Origin: Balanoglossus misakiensis
Taxonomy: Eukaryota > Animalia > Hemichordata
Reading direction: 5' to 3'
DNA length: 64,000 nt
Assembly: GCA_040954595.2 (NCBI GenBank)
Contig: CM082578.2
Span: forward strand, 7,921,519-7,985,518
Part shown: positions 1 to 12,398 of the stretch, piece after piece
Layout of the letters: each line of letters begins with the position of its first letter
How positions within the stretch are numbered: position 1 is the stretch's first letter
Made by a program: the position numbers and the translations under genes
The notes under the pieces: model-generated
What the model was told of the DNA's origin: nothing
Database searches by the model: none
The model's input: the letters and a program-made list of their open reading frames with translations, nothing else

Positions 1-104
1 CACATTGATGTTTTTTTCTATATAAATAAACAAATTCCAGAATAGAGAATTGATAAGTTCTTCTCACTGAAAAAGTACTCTTAGCTCAATGGTAGAATAC
101 TTAC

Positions 105-3100
105 ATGTTCAATGTCGCCTTCTGTAAACTCCCTGTTTTGACTCAGTATTTCACACAGTTTCTGTTTTACCCTGAGTTTTGAGAGAGAGTAACAAGAACA
201 CTTGATTGACAAATCCCTAAATATGTTCACAGGGGGCCCTATTAATAACATGATGGCACAACAGGAAGCACACATTACAGCCATGAATGAAATACCACCG
301 CTTTTCAGATGAGACTTACTTTGCTTGGACTGATGATGAGTCCTTGTCAAAATCTAACAGTCCATTGGTGTGCGCACTCTTAACCATTTGAACCAAGATA
401 GGAGTCAACTCTCCTTCCAAAGCCAGCATACCCTGTCATCCATGGAGAAGATAATCAACGGATTAGCAAAGTTACAGCTGTACTCAATGAAGGCTCCGTC
501 AGCTGTTTTGAGTATAATTATACAACAAACACCATGTTTAATAATCCACGGGTTTGCACTCAAAGCCACACAAAAAACCCTCAAATGATCCAAATGAACT
601 CTGACCTTGGTAAAAGCTGCCGCAGTCATTTGAACCCTGCCTTCATCAGACGCATAAATCTTCAAATCATGTCTGTAAGTACTATGAAGCCGCAACAAGC
701 CGCATCCAGGAAATCCTGCATATTCACCTGTAAAATTTGACAGTATTTTGTGAGACAGGTTACATGAATTCCTATACATCTTCCCTCCTCCCTCCCTCTC
801 TTGCTCCAACTCTGCTTTATAATTTTCTACATATCTGTACAATATCCTCTGACACACATTTCAACTGACACCTGTTTAGTCTCGTACAGAATGAGTTCCC
901 TTATAACATCACCATGCCTCCCTGTTGGAAACATAGTTCAAAATACATTCTCCACGGAGCAGTGGAGAATTTCCTTACTTAGCAAAGTTCCCCCTTTATC
1001 CCATGTGTATTTCCCTCCATACCTTGTCCTCCAGGATAAATACACCGGAACGCTCTTCCCAGTTCCTCTGCCTGAACTTTCCCAGCTGGGGTCAACTCGC
1101 CACCCCACTTCAGAATCAACAGCAGGGATGGTTCAGCACTGACGTCTGCAATCAGACAGCATATGTGTTTAGGTCACATAGAAATGAAAGCTGTGATGCG
1201 AAATGAAATGAATGTACCTCTTTTATGGACAGGATGGGATTTCAGCACAGTTTGTCAGAGAATGTAAGTAGAACTTAAACACTTAAACTCTGAAAAGTTC
1301 TTAAGTCTAAAGTGTGATATCATAACTACCAAACAGAATAAGAAAATTCTTTGGTCAGCAGAAATGATTCACTTGGAAGTAATTTGCTAATTATATATGA
1401 TTGATTTAATAGTCCTTCTACTAGATGAGCCTGCCTGGATATGTATACAAGACGGGTTAGTAGACATTATCTTTGTATCTGAGTTGCATGGGCCTGACCA
1501 CCCTGTCTTTTGTAGTTTGGAATGACCCAAGTGAATTTAATATCCACATACTTCATGTACTTGGGAGTTGGGAGATCCTGAAAATGAAGGGTAATAAATG
1601 TGGAACAAAATCAGATAGAAAATTTTCCTTTTATCCGTACTGGTATCAATATCTGCAAAGTGAAAACATGTACAACCATTCTAAGTACTCCACAAGAGAG
1701 TCAGTCTTCAGTTCAAATGCCCAACTTTCGACATTTCATTTGACACTGGTACTATCCTGATTCTGTCATGTGGTAGAGGTGACATGACAAAAATAATGCT
1801 AGTCCACTTAAAAATAATGATACAACAATGAAGAACAGATCATAGTATACTAAGCAAAACAGCACACGAACGATCAGAACAAACTGCCTCACACACACAC
1901 ACACACACACCGCTGGGGGCCATAAGTACGCCCTCTATACCAATACATCTCTGCAGCCGTATGGCCAGGCCCGAACATAGCGTGAGCGCTCGTTTGACGC
2001 AAAATCGGGAGATCGTCTAAGCTACTGATTTATTGTTTTTAGCCACTTTACAATTAATAAAAAAAACTGAAATAGCATCTATACAAGCGCCTGTGCCTGC
2101 ACCTGTCGAAAAAATTATTTAACTGTTATAGATGACTATCTTCAGTTTCAAACAAGGTAACATGTTTCTTCACTTCTTTTCAGCTCTCCCTGTTGATGGT
2201 GGGAAGAACAAGATGTTTGGCAACCATGTCAGGAGAAGAAATGTTGGTGTGAGGTGGTCTGTAGCTTCATCACACCCTGGTGTGTTCGAGTCAAGTGATG
2301 ACAGTATATCTGGCAAAAACTACTAATGTATGTACATGTATAGAAGGAAATTCATAATAGGGCAAAGGTCCAAGACCAATTTATCCCTATATTCGTCTAC
2401 ACTGTTCCATCTTCACCAGGTTTAGACCAAACTATTGTGATGAATTGGTAAAAGCAATGTATCAATTTTGTTTGGGTATTTTCAGTCGAGGAACGCGGAA
2501 ACCGTAGACAATATAGACCGCTTGGGAAAGATACAACTCGTTATTGAAGGAAAGGGGATGGGGATGTAGAATGAATGAAGTAAAAGGTAAGTTGACCAAA
2601 CACCACCCACCTTCTTCACTGGTTACGGACTGTTTTTTGTCCACGTAGCGCAGTTCCACTTTTTGATTAAATGCACTCTTTGCGCGAGTGTCATCTAGGG
2701 AACCAGTCATGAAGTCTATCAGACATGACAAACAATGAAGTGTGTAAGGAGAGAGGGAGAAAAAAAAATAGAATAGAGAGAAAGCGAGTTGGCTGCTACA
2801 TCCATCTTTTATAACAACTACGGCAGTTATTACTAATATTAGAGTGGGAGGTTAGATCATGCAGGATGTTGCCATGTCATTACCAAGAACAACCACCTTA
2901 AGGAGCATTTTTTTCTTTAATTTTTAGCCACACATGTTAGCGGTGGCACTCAGAAAGACAGTTAGATTGACAATCGAAACGCATTAGTCAGCTCACTCAG
3001 AAAGACTTTCTACTTTCAGACGCCATTGACCAAAAGTCCACAAAATGAAATCTTTGTTAATAGCAAAAACTTGGATGTCTCTAGTGGCCACTGAAAACTT

Positions 3101-6100
3101 TGATCTATGTTAGCTACCAATACTCTGTATAAAACATTTTACTGTGTGTAAAATACGCCAGTTGCTCAAATCAAAATACACAGGTCTCTGAAACGTTCTT
3201 TCCAAAAAAAACATCAAATTTGGGTCCAACATACATGAATATCAAAAGGGACAATCAGCAAGACTTGGTGAATATCACAGTTGTATGATTATTTCCTCAT
3301 TTTCTTTGCCCCTTTACTGCTGATGTAGGTGCAAGTCAATGTGCGACATTTTATTCCAAAGTAGGCCATTTAGCACGCCCACACCATTTCCCTGTGTGCC
3401 TGTATCAGAGACTCTGTGGCCAACAAATACATGAAATATGAATCTTCTCTTCAACACATCTTGTCTCTGCCAAGTTTCCTTATAGCGCCATTTTAAATGG
3501 CAGAATGTGTAAAACAAATTGTTCATAGCTCAACTGCGTACACTTGGTTACTGAACTTTCTAAATACATTATTAGAGCCAATTTCATCTACAGCAACAAA
3601 AATTGGCAAAATAGAAAAGAAAATGCGTTTTCATTTCTCCAATGTACAAGCTTAATACACATACACGATATGAAGCACCACAGAAAAAAAAGTCACTTTA
3701 AAGGAATTATTTCCAAACAACTGTTCTGTACATATACATGTACATTTACTGGGGACTATTTTCCATGCCTGTTTGCATCCAAAAAATAAAATAAAGCCTT
3801 GCAGGTCTGCGCAGCAACAGAATTGTCAGTCTCAAAACAAAACAACCCTTTATTAGTTTAAAACCTAAGAAAGTAATTAAATTCAAGAAAAATACACAGA
3901 GGCTGAGCAGACTATCTGCATCTTCCCATTGCCATATACCAGTATGGTCGAATGCGATGTTGCGATAGTGTTGCCTTTTCTTGTAATTCCAGTGCATATA
4001 TCTTTCACCCCTATATCTGCACACATTGACCCAACTTTTCTGTGAGTTGCATTGGTTCAAACACAATGCAGTACAGGGGATGAGAAGATTATTGCTATGT
4101 ATGTGTGATACAGAAAGCTCAAATGTGGGGAAAATTACTTTGCAAAAGCATTAGAATGATGTTTAGCAAACACACTCTTTTTCACACAGTTAAAATTGTC
4201 TATGCACCACAAACGTTTAGAAGAGGCAATTTCACTCTTTTCACACACTATTTCCTCTTTTATGGAATATATCTCGTGTTGATCATTCCACGCCAGGGGA
4301 AACAGGTGTGGATTAAGATGATTTACATGTCACTTTTAATTTCTCATACCAGAGTTACAACTTACATGTATAAATATTCATATGTTGAACAGCTCTGTCC
4401 CAACCAATCCGCTTCGAGAGCAATATTCATATTCCATATTCAAATTTATGATGATGAAATCATTTATCAGCCAATCAAAACTCATTCTGACATTCAATGC
4501 ACCTGTATAAGCACAAAGCATGCCAACTTTGATCGATAACCTGATTAATTCTAAAGTGACATAAAAATCATTCTTCTTGATAGGATAAAAGTTTATAATA
4601 ACTTACCATCTTCACTGCTGGAATGCCTGGGACGTCCTGTTGGTTGGTATTTCAGCTGGACCTTTCTGTTGATTCCAGAGAAATGGCCGTACATTTCCAG
4701 CACGGTTTTCAACTGCTCCAACTTGACTTTCTTCTCTTCAATCTCGGTGACTCCATCTTGAGTTGCCAACTCAGCCAGTAGATACCTGGCAACATCTAAG
4801 ACTTCCTGGAGATAAAATTCATACTCTGTTATAAAATCGTGTGCCTTGCAACAATCAATTATACAGTCAAAATCTTTTGAAGGTGCTGGGCTGGTGTTAC
4901 GTGTATGATTAAGTTTATTGGAAGGCAGAGGAAAAACTACAGACACTTTTAACATGACAAGCACCTCATACCTGTAACTGTGTTGGCCTCTTCAGTTTAA
5001 TCTTCCCATGCTTGTAACCATTGTATTTATTAAATAACTTGAAAAACCTGTCCAATTGTACAAGAAAAGTTCTTTTTGAAATACGACAAAATAAAGTGAG
5101 ACGAAAACAAAGCTTTTCTTCTGAAGAAGAGTCCTTGATGGATAGCAATCATTTTAATAATCTCTCACATAAAATAACAAGTCACCTTGGATTTCTAACT
5201 TCCATTTTGAGCTTCTGTTTTGGTGTTCTGTCACCATGGCGCATTATTCCAATCACACATCTCAACTCCATCCTGAAACAGAAAATGGCATCAAGATAAA
5301 TTTCACATGTTATTGATTTCATATCCTCAATCTTTTGGCAGGACTGGTCAGGTATACGTACACCTTTCATGACAGGCTATGTTCATTTTGAAATATCCAG
5401 TATGTAGGTACATGTCAGAAACGAACTGTTTTAGGACAATTTCATAATATCACACCTCTATCATCAGTTTTATCATTTCTATAATGCTGGCTTATCGCAA
5501 TAGAGTTATCCAACAGAATCATCAGTTTCAATATAACGTCATTAAAGGAACTCACATTGTGCCGGATGTGGTGGGTACATACGGCACCTCCTCTTCTACC
5601 AATGGAATATTCCATGGAATGTCATAATGAGGAGCTAACTCCCGCATAATAAGATTCCTGAAAATAAAACAGTCCAGTATAACATCCAATGGCCATAATA
5701 TGATATTTACTACATGATTACATGCTTTCGTCTCAAAGTGTCATTATTGTTGTTTTAAACTCACCCTAGAATCTTAGCACAATCATCATAGTACTTCTGT
5801 GAATTTTTCACAAAGCTGAAACCATTGACATCACAGACATAGGATCTGCCATTGGCACGGAGCAAGTCAAAACCACAAACAGTTTGCTGGAAGTCAAAAA
5901 AATAAATAAAGTAAAACTGTGAGTAAACACTCAAGTAAGTATCAGTTTTACCTCAGTTTGAGAGAGCAACTACCGGTATATCACCAATGGTTTCCTACCA
6001 ATTTCAACTCAAAAGAGAAAATTAAAATTACTACTATGCAGTTGCCAAATTTTTCAAATGTTTTATCAATTTTGGTCTACATGAGAAAATAAATATTTTA

Positions 6101-8438
6101 TACATTAAAATCCATTGTGATATCATAATAATGGCCTCATGGACACCAATTTTTAAAATCTTGCATTGTACATTTCTCTTTGAACATAAAAGCCAGCACT
6201 GTGTGTGAGATAAAGATTTTGAGTATTTTTAATCAACAACACAGATTCTTCAAACAATTAGCTTGAAACAAATTTATTTATTTACAAATTAACACTCCAC
6301 AGCTGGTCACCGGATATTTACCTTAAATGCCAGTGAAACTTTCCTGGCGATGAGTTTTTCAATGCTATTGAGAATAACCGGATATCTGACTTCTTTTCCC
6401 TCGCTGTCTCTTTCTACTTTTCCATCCAGGGCTGGCGACTTTCTGGCCTCGGCATGGGCATAGTCTGGACCGACTGTGTACACCTGTTTATACAATATAT
6501 ACAACAGTCACATACCCACATTTTGATATATTTGTAAATTAAAAAGTAAAATCAGGAAAATTACAATATTCTTAAATTTTGAGTCATCCCCTACCTTAAT
6601 GTAAAGATGTGAAAAGCATTGACAGTAATTTGTTAGTGTTATGATCTGACTCTTTACCATGGCTTTTTACTGAAAAATTACTACAACGTGAACATTTCAA
6701 TTTTCTTTATAAAAACTATCACTGACCTTGACATCCGTGCCATCAGTGGGCATAAATTCTTCATAAATATAGGATCCCTTTTTCCGTACCCTGCTTTCCG
6801 GGGAATACACACTGCTACGACTCCCAATCTGTTAGCAATGGAATAAAAATTTGTGTTACGAGCACAGTACAGTATTCACCAACATCTGATTGCCAACCTC
6901 GCTTCATGAGACATACATGTTATTTGTACATGATATTCTTTAGAATGTTTAACATGAAACTCACTTTTCTGAAGAGTCTCTGGCTGCCACCACCTGCCGA
7001 AATTGGATAGTAAATGTAAATGTTGTGATCTTCCGCCGACACAGGTTTTTCCACAAACGGTTTCTGAAAGATGTGTCCGTTGACGTCCACTGCATCATCA
7101 GCCTCTATCAGCATTCCGTCTGTTTGGTAGATAAAAATTAACAATGTAAGAAAGTCATTGACATCCATTGCATCATCTGCAACAATGACGCTTGTAATAG
7201 CACAGAGTACAACACAAACAATTCACTTACCATTTAAATTATTAGAGTCTCTATCTAACACTGCATACGTTGGCAGGCCTATTCCTTCATTTTTCAACAC
7301 TGTATATACAAACCGTCTGAAAAGAACAGAAGATCCCTCATCATCTACATGCATCAACAAGTCATTTTCTCCCAAAGGACAGTTACTTTATGTCGGATAT
7401 ATGAATGTGACCAACATTATTTTTTTCCTGGTTTATTTGCTTGCGATGGACACTGATGTCCGTGACAAGGTTACACCTGAGTCACATACCTGTCTTGAAG
7501 TCCAAACTGTTTCTGAAGATCATTGATCACGTAGGGTTTCCTCAACTCTGCATACGCCACCGCCTTCTCGAGCGGAAAACCCTTCGAGAAAAATGAAATT
7601 AGACAGTCGCATATTGGCCAGTCTTCAACCGCTTTGTGCAGAATGACATCTTCTTCAAATATTTCAGTCACGATGTACTCAAATCTTTCAAGCCTGGTTA
7701 AAATCTGTTTCATGGGTTTAGACCTGGATTTCTTGGACATGGCACAGATACCAACAATGATCATCTTCCGACCCTCATCCTCCAGCCTCTGTTTCTTAGT
7801 TCTGTTATCAAGGACATCCTAAAGTTAAGAAAAGGTATAGAAATATTAAAAATAAACAATCTTGAAAATTAAAGGGACAAAGTCTCTCTCTCGCTGCCCT
7901 TTTTACATTAATGTTTGATACAGGACACCATTAATGTTATTCTACGTGTGTATATGAAGTGAATGAACGTTCAACCACACACAACTTCCATCCCATTTGT
8001 AGGATATGAGAGTAAAAATCTCGCCAAAATTAATAAACGGTAGAGACCAATTATTCTTTTTGGCAAGTTTTTCACTCTCGTGTCTACAAGTGGGATGGAA
8101 GTTGAGTGGTCAAACATTGATTCACTATATATACATGCACACATGTAGAATCACATAAACTGTGTCTTGTCTCAAACATAATTAATGGAAAAAGGGCAGC
8201 AAGAGACTTTGTCCCTTTAATAAGACTTACATGTGTACTACACTTCACTGAAAATGAAGCTGAATTTCACCAAAAGAGTAATTCCAGTCCACAGTCACCA
8301 AATTAAACAGATAAAACAAGAGCAATAACAGGTTTCATTAACACACCTACAGACCAACTATGTACACATTACCTTTTCCTCTACTTTAAGTACTTCATCT
8401 CCAATAGTGAAGGTTGGTGATGTAAGACACTCTGTCAT
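105..8438 (-). CDS. PPIP5K: Inositol hexakisphosphate/diphosphoinositol-pentakisphosphate kinase (PPIP5K/VIP1), copy A; 3'-partial, continues past window start
   Basis: 15 frame-consistent GT-AG exons: 8438-8373, 7818-7490, 7316-7231, 7119-6965, 6828-6727, 6483-6322, 5886-5765, 5657-5556, 5272-5186, 5047-4972, 4805-4607, 1145-1023, 727-606, 432-320, 171-105. Peptides match the family: [69 protein letters not shown] (ATP-grasp kinase), [10 protein letters not shown] (histidine phosphatase motif), [32 protein letters not shown]. Confidence 0.95.
1890..1910. repeat. (CA)n microsatellite
   Basis: Read directly. Confidence 0.95.
7869..8220. mobile_element. Palindromic MITE, TTAA-flanked (Kolobok-type non-autonomous DNA element), in a PPIP5K-A intron
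   Basis: Starts TTAAAGGGACAAAGTCTCT and ends AGAGACTTTGTCCCTTTAA. Internal arms are imperfect reverse complements along nearly the full length (e.g. CAACTTCCATCCCA / TGGGATGGAAGTTG). Confidence 0.8.
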
Positions 8439-9299
8439 GTTGGATGGTTCAATTACAAACAATCACATACTGGAAATTATTATGTTACTTTCTCTCTGTA
8501 ACAAGAAACACAGACACAGTGAGAACAGTATGCCACAATTCAATGTGTGACGTAGAGTGATCTGTGAGGCACATATAACAAGACATTGTCATCAGATGTA
8601 AATGAACATTAATGCACTTTGCTTAATAAATCAAATGCTCGTTAATACTTCAAGTTGAATTAGGGCGGGCTGGGTTACCAAAACTTGCTCAAATTTCACT
8701 ACAGTTGAGTATTGATAATATTCAACTGTAGTGAACTACTGTACAACACTTAACTAGTAAATACATTTCACAGTCTCCCATCCAATAGGCTGTTTCGTTT
8801 TGTTAATATGTTCTCATCATAACACTGAGTGTCTGGTGTCTAGGCTGTAGTAGAGTTATTTTAGCGAACACTCTCGATTCTTGGCACAAGACATGACTAT
8901 GACAGTCGAGGCACGTACACAGTTCAAAGTTCTATTTTTCGTGCCCGCATGTACCGTACCGTTGCACGCGCACGGTCACTTTCTCGGTTTCTGTGATCAA
9001 AGAATATTATTCACTGCCATTGACTAATGATTCGTTTGTAGTTCTGCTGACTAGCACAGCTAGCAAGTCCAGCGATTTGAAGAGTGCGAAATAAATTAGA
9101 ACTGAAAAAATATTGAATACTGCAGACTGGACAGTGCAACTGCAAGTCAGTGGTGCAGTCTGCAGTTTGTGAGCTGATCACGTGTCGATTACATAATTCA
9201 GGATAGGTATAACAAACAGATGACCTCATAGAATATTACCGTGACGAAAATTCTTAAAATATGCCCAAAATTTTCACATAACCGTGAAATTTCACTTAC

Positions 9300-9500
9300 C
9301 GAAAGAAATCGTAACTGACGACGGAACACCAACGGCGTCCGCCATGTTATTCGCGCAGTCTCGTTAATTCGCGTTCTTATTATCTCGTACAGCGCCCTCT
9401 GTAGGTCACAGAGGGGTAGGCCCGTATAAAGTTTCCTTTCGTTTATCAGCCCGAACGCAACCACCCAACGATGAGGGCGTTTATTGGAAAAAGTCACGTG
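9300..9500 (-). promoter_or_regulatory. Probable non-coding first exon and CpG-enriched promoter of PPIP5K-A
   Basis: Strong minus-strand donor (GTAAGT at 9299), local CpG enrichment, an E-box CACGTG near 9495, and a splice acceptor at 8496 ahead of the ATG exon. Confidence 0.5.
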
Positions 9501-9781
9501 ACTATTTTCAAAATGGTAGCTTATTTTTGTTGTTGCGCTAACCTTCAGAAAACACGGGCGATTTTGTCCGATTGGAGAGTCTTTACCTTGAAATGACAAC
9601 AGTATCGATAAAACTAGAATCGTACGGATATGTTGGCAGATTATCGCGCCTTAAGCATGGTGGGATTGGGTTGTAGACGTTTTTTCCCACGATCGACCGT
9701 GAATGAAAAACGGAGGTATTGCGATGTTTTTCAAGTTTACCGACCCGTATCTCAAGAAATATTGGAGGTTGCACAATAATC

Positions 9782-10066
9782 TTTACACCGCAAGTTAGGT
9801 AATTTATCAGTCTAAAGCTGTGTTAAATTTGAAGTGTTTCGGACGTTTTATATAAAAGTGCTGCACTTTCTCGTGAACCCTTCATTTTCCGGTGAACGCG
9901 AGTTATTGTGACATTTCTCAAGTTCACCTATCCGTCTTTTAAGAAATATTTAAGGTTGCCCGACAATTTTTACATCGCGAGTTAGGTTATTTATCAATCT
10001 AACGCTAGGCAAAATTTGAAGTGTTTCAGACGTTTTATAAAAAAGTGCGGCGCTTTCTTGTGAACC
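9782..10066. repeat. Diverged direct repeat of about 98 bp (9782-9879 and 9969-10066), with a partial third copy near 10960
   Basis: Shared TTTACA..GTTAGGT.ATTTATCA.TCTAA...AAATTTGAAGTGTTTC.GACGTTTTATA.AAAAGTGC.GC.CTTTCT.GTGAACC. Confidence 0.8.
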
Positions 10067-11526
10067 TTGCACTTTACGTGACGCGGCTCGACTTCCGCGT
10101 TTCGTGCAGGCGCAGCCAGTGTACACGATGTGAAGTGAACTGCGCGATTTGTTTTGTCTGGTGACCATGGAACGAGCCACACTTTCTTGGATATAATAAA
10201 ACATTAAATTACTGTAAAACTGTATATGACTCTGTTCCTACAGATATATTCCTACGATTTGCAATGTCAATTTTCAGTGCATTATTGCCGATGCTACGGT
10301 CGAGTGCTACGGGCACTGTTAGCTCTGCTTGGCTGGGCTGCGTGTCTTATCACCGCAGACGTACACACAAAGCCCAGGCTGCCACGCAGAGCTACGGGCA
10401 CTGTGTACATGCACGTATGTCCACGGTTCATCTTGATTGCCACAGTGATTCATAGTTTGAAGACTTGAGCACAGTGTCAAAAGAAAAGAAATGACTGAAG
10501 TTATGTTTATTGAGAACAAGCTTTTGTAATTTGTCTATTCTGATACATAGACTGACCGCGTCCACGATATAGGCACTACGAGCTGTACGACTACGAATGA
10601 AATCCTCAACTAGGCCCCCTGTGACTTTGGCCTTCCACTCTCCACAAACTGTTCAGAACGGGGAGAGAGCAAGGGGAGGCAGTACAAGATTTATACGCTG
10701 AAATACAGCGATCATGCTAGCCAATTTCGACACAACGAAAATTTGATGATTGCAGACTCTGCTGAGCAACAGTTCGGCGATACAACTCGGCCAAGTACGT
10801 GCAATTCTATGAGCTACTCTGAGGCTGTTGCGTCACAATACGGGCTGAGTTTAAGGAGCTCTTGAGGGAATACCTCTGGGGGTTGCATCATGATTTTTTA
10901 AATTTTATTACAAGATATATCGAATTCACTGAAAATGATGTTTAAATTTAAAAATTCATTTTTATATAAAAGTGCGGCAGTTCGTAAAAACCCGGAAGTG
11001 CGGCGTGTTTTGATTTTAGTTGTTCTGGGGTCACTCCGTAATTCGCTCATTTTTGCAAAGAAAACGTGTTTTTTACCAACAAAAAACATACAGATATGTA
11101 GTTTAGATATAATTTTGGCCATTTTATCAGTTTGAGTCATTCAACTGCCGTCCCTGCTTGTTAATTTGGCATTAAAAAAAGCGCGGGACTTTCGCATGCC
11201 ACTTCTGGCTGTGTGTACGACAGAACGTTGAGGGCGTCACCAGAACTAAAAAACTGGGCAATTAACGGTCAAATGGCTGACCTGCGTTCGGGCTGTATAG
11301 TTTGTGGATACATTTCATAATTGCAATGACATTCACAGCCGACAGGCATTTGCTTTATTTTGCAATAAACTGTTTCTTTAGAGATATACACTGAAAATAG
11401 AGTGATAAAGATAGAGAAAAGGCATAGAGGTATTATGGTGGGTTACATTGTCATAACATTCTTACCTCCACTGGCATAGAAATACAAACAGCAAAGACAC
11501 AGACGGTTTGGGTTAAAATAATTTAA

Positions 11527-11537
11527 TTTATTTTATT
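11527..11537 (-). terminator. Probable polyadenylation signals (two AATAAA) of PPIP5K-B, implying a 3' UTR of about 2.2 kb
   Basis: Two TTTATT on + (AATAAA on -) in an AT-rich tract downstream of the stop at 13713 and upstream of the PPIP5K-A promoter region. Confidence 0.5.
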
Positions 11538-12307
11538 AAATCAAACAATAACTGATAAAATAACAACATGCTGTCTCATGCGAAGACCAAATAATGAACT
11601 AATCATGAAAATGTAAATGGACCACTTATCAGAATTTTGAAGTGCTATACAATTTTGACGTGCCATTCAATGCATTACAAGGAAGTTTGTTGAGCAATAT
11701 CAGTTGAACAAATCGGTCTACAGAGACCGCACAGGTGTATACAGAACACATACACACTGTGATGACATACATGGACAAATGTGTTCCCCATACCCCTTCC
11801 CCTCCCCACACACACAATGGTGTTCTGCAAAAGTCTGACATCATTATAATAATAAGGTTGCATCATATATTCATGATAGCAGACCCATTCTCAAAGTAAA
11901 ACTCGCATTTATTGGAACTGTCCATAAAGATACATTTTATTTCCTTTCTACATACATGTAAGGTGATAAATCTTCAGCCAACCTGAAACCATGGTTACCA
12001 TTCCACCTCTCAATTTTCAAAGGGATTTCCCACAATGCCTGTGGGGTGAACATGTTTTGGAACGGAATACACCCACGACAATGAATTCTGAAAAAAAAGA
12101 GGTACAATTTCAAGTAATTTTTTTCTGGATTTTGAACTCGGATACATATACACTCTAAGAAATCTCTAAAAATCTCTGTGAATATCTGCATTTATTAAAG
12201 TTAAAGTAAACATATCATTGAAGCTATATAAATACCACATAAAAACTATACATTAAATTTATAAATTAATGACTTTACAAAAGGTAATTTGATGTGAACT
12301 TAATCAA

Positions 12308-12398
12308 TTGGACTGGAAGATCAGTTACTTGAGGTGCTCTCTACCTCTCCCCCACCCTCCCACACACAGTACCTCAAGCAATGAATCTTCAAGTCCAA
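12308..12398. repeat. Imperfect inverted repeat (about 31-bp arms) in the presumed PPIP5K-B 3' UTR
   Basis: TTGGACTGGAAGATCAGTTACTTGAGGTGCT pairs with AGTACCTCAAGCAATGAATCTTCAAGTCCAA around a loop of about 29 nt. Confidence 0.8.
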
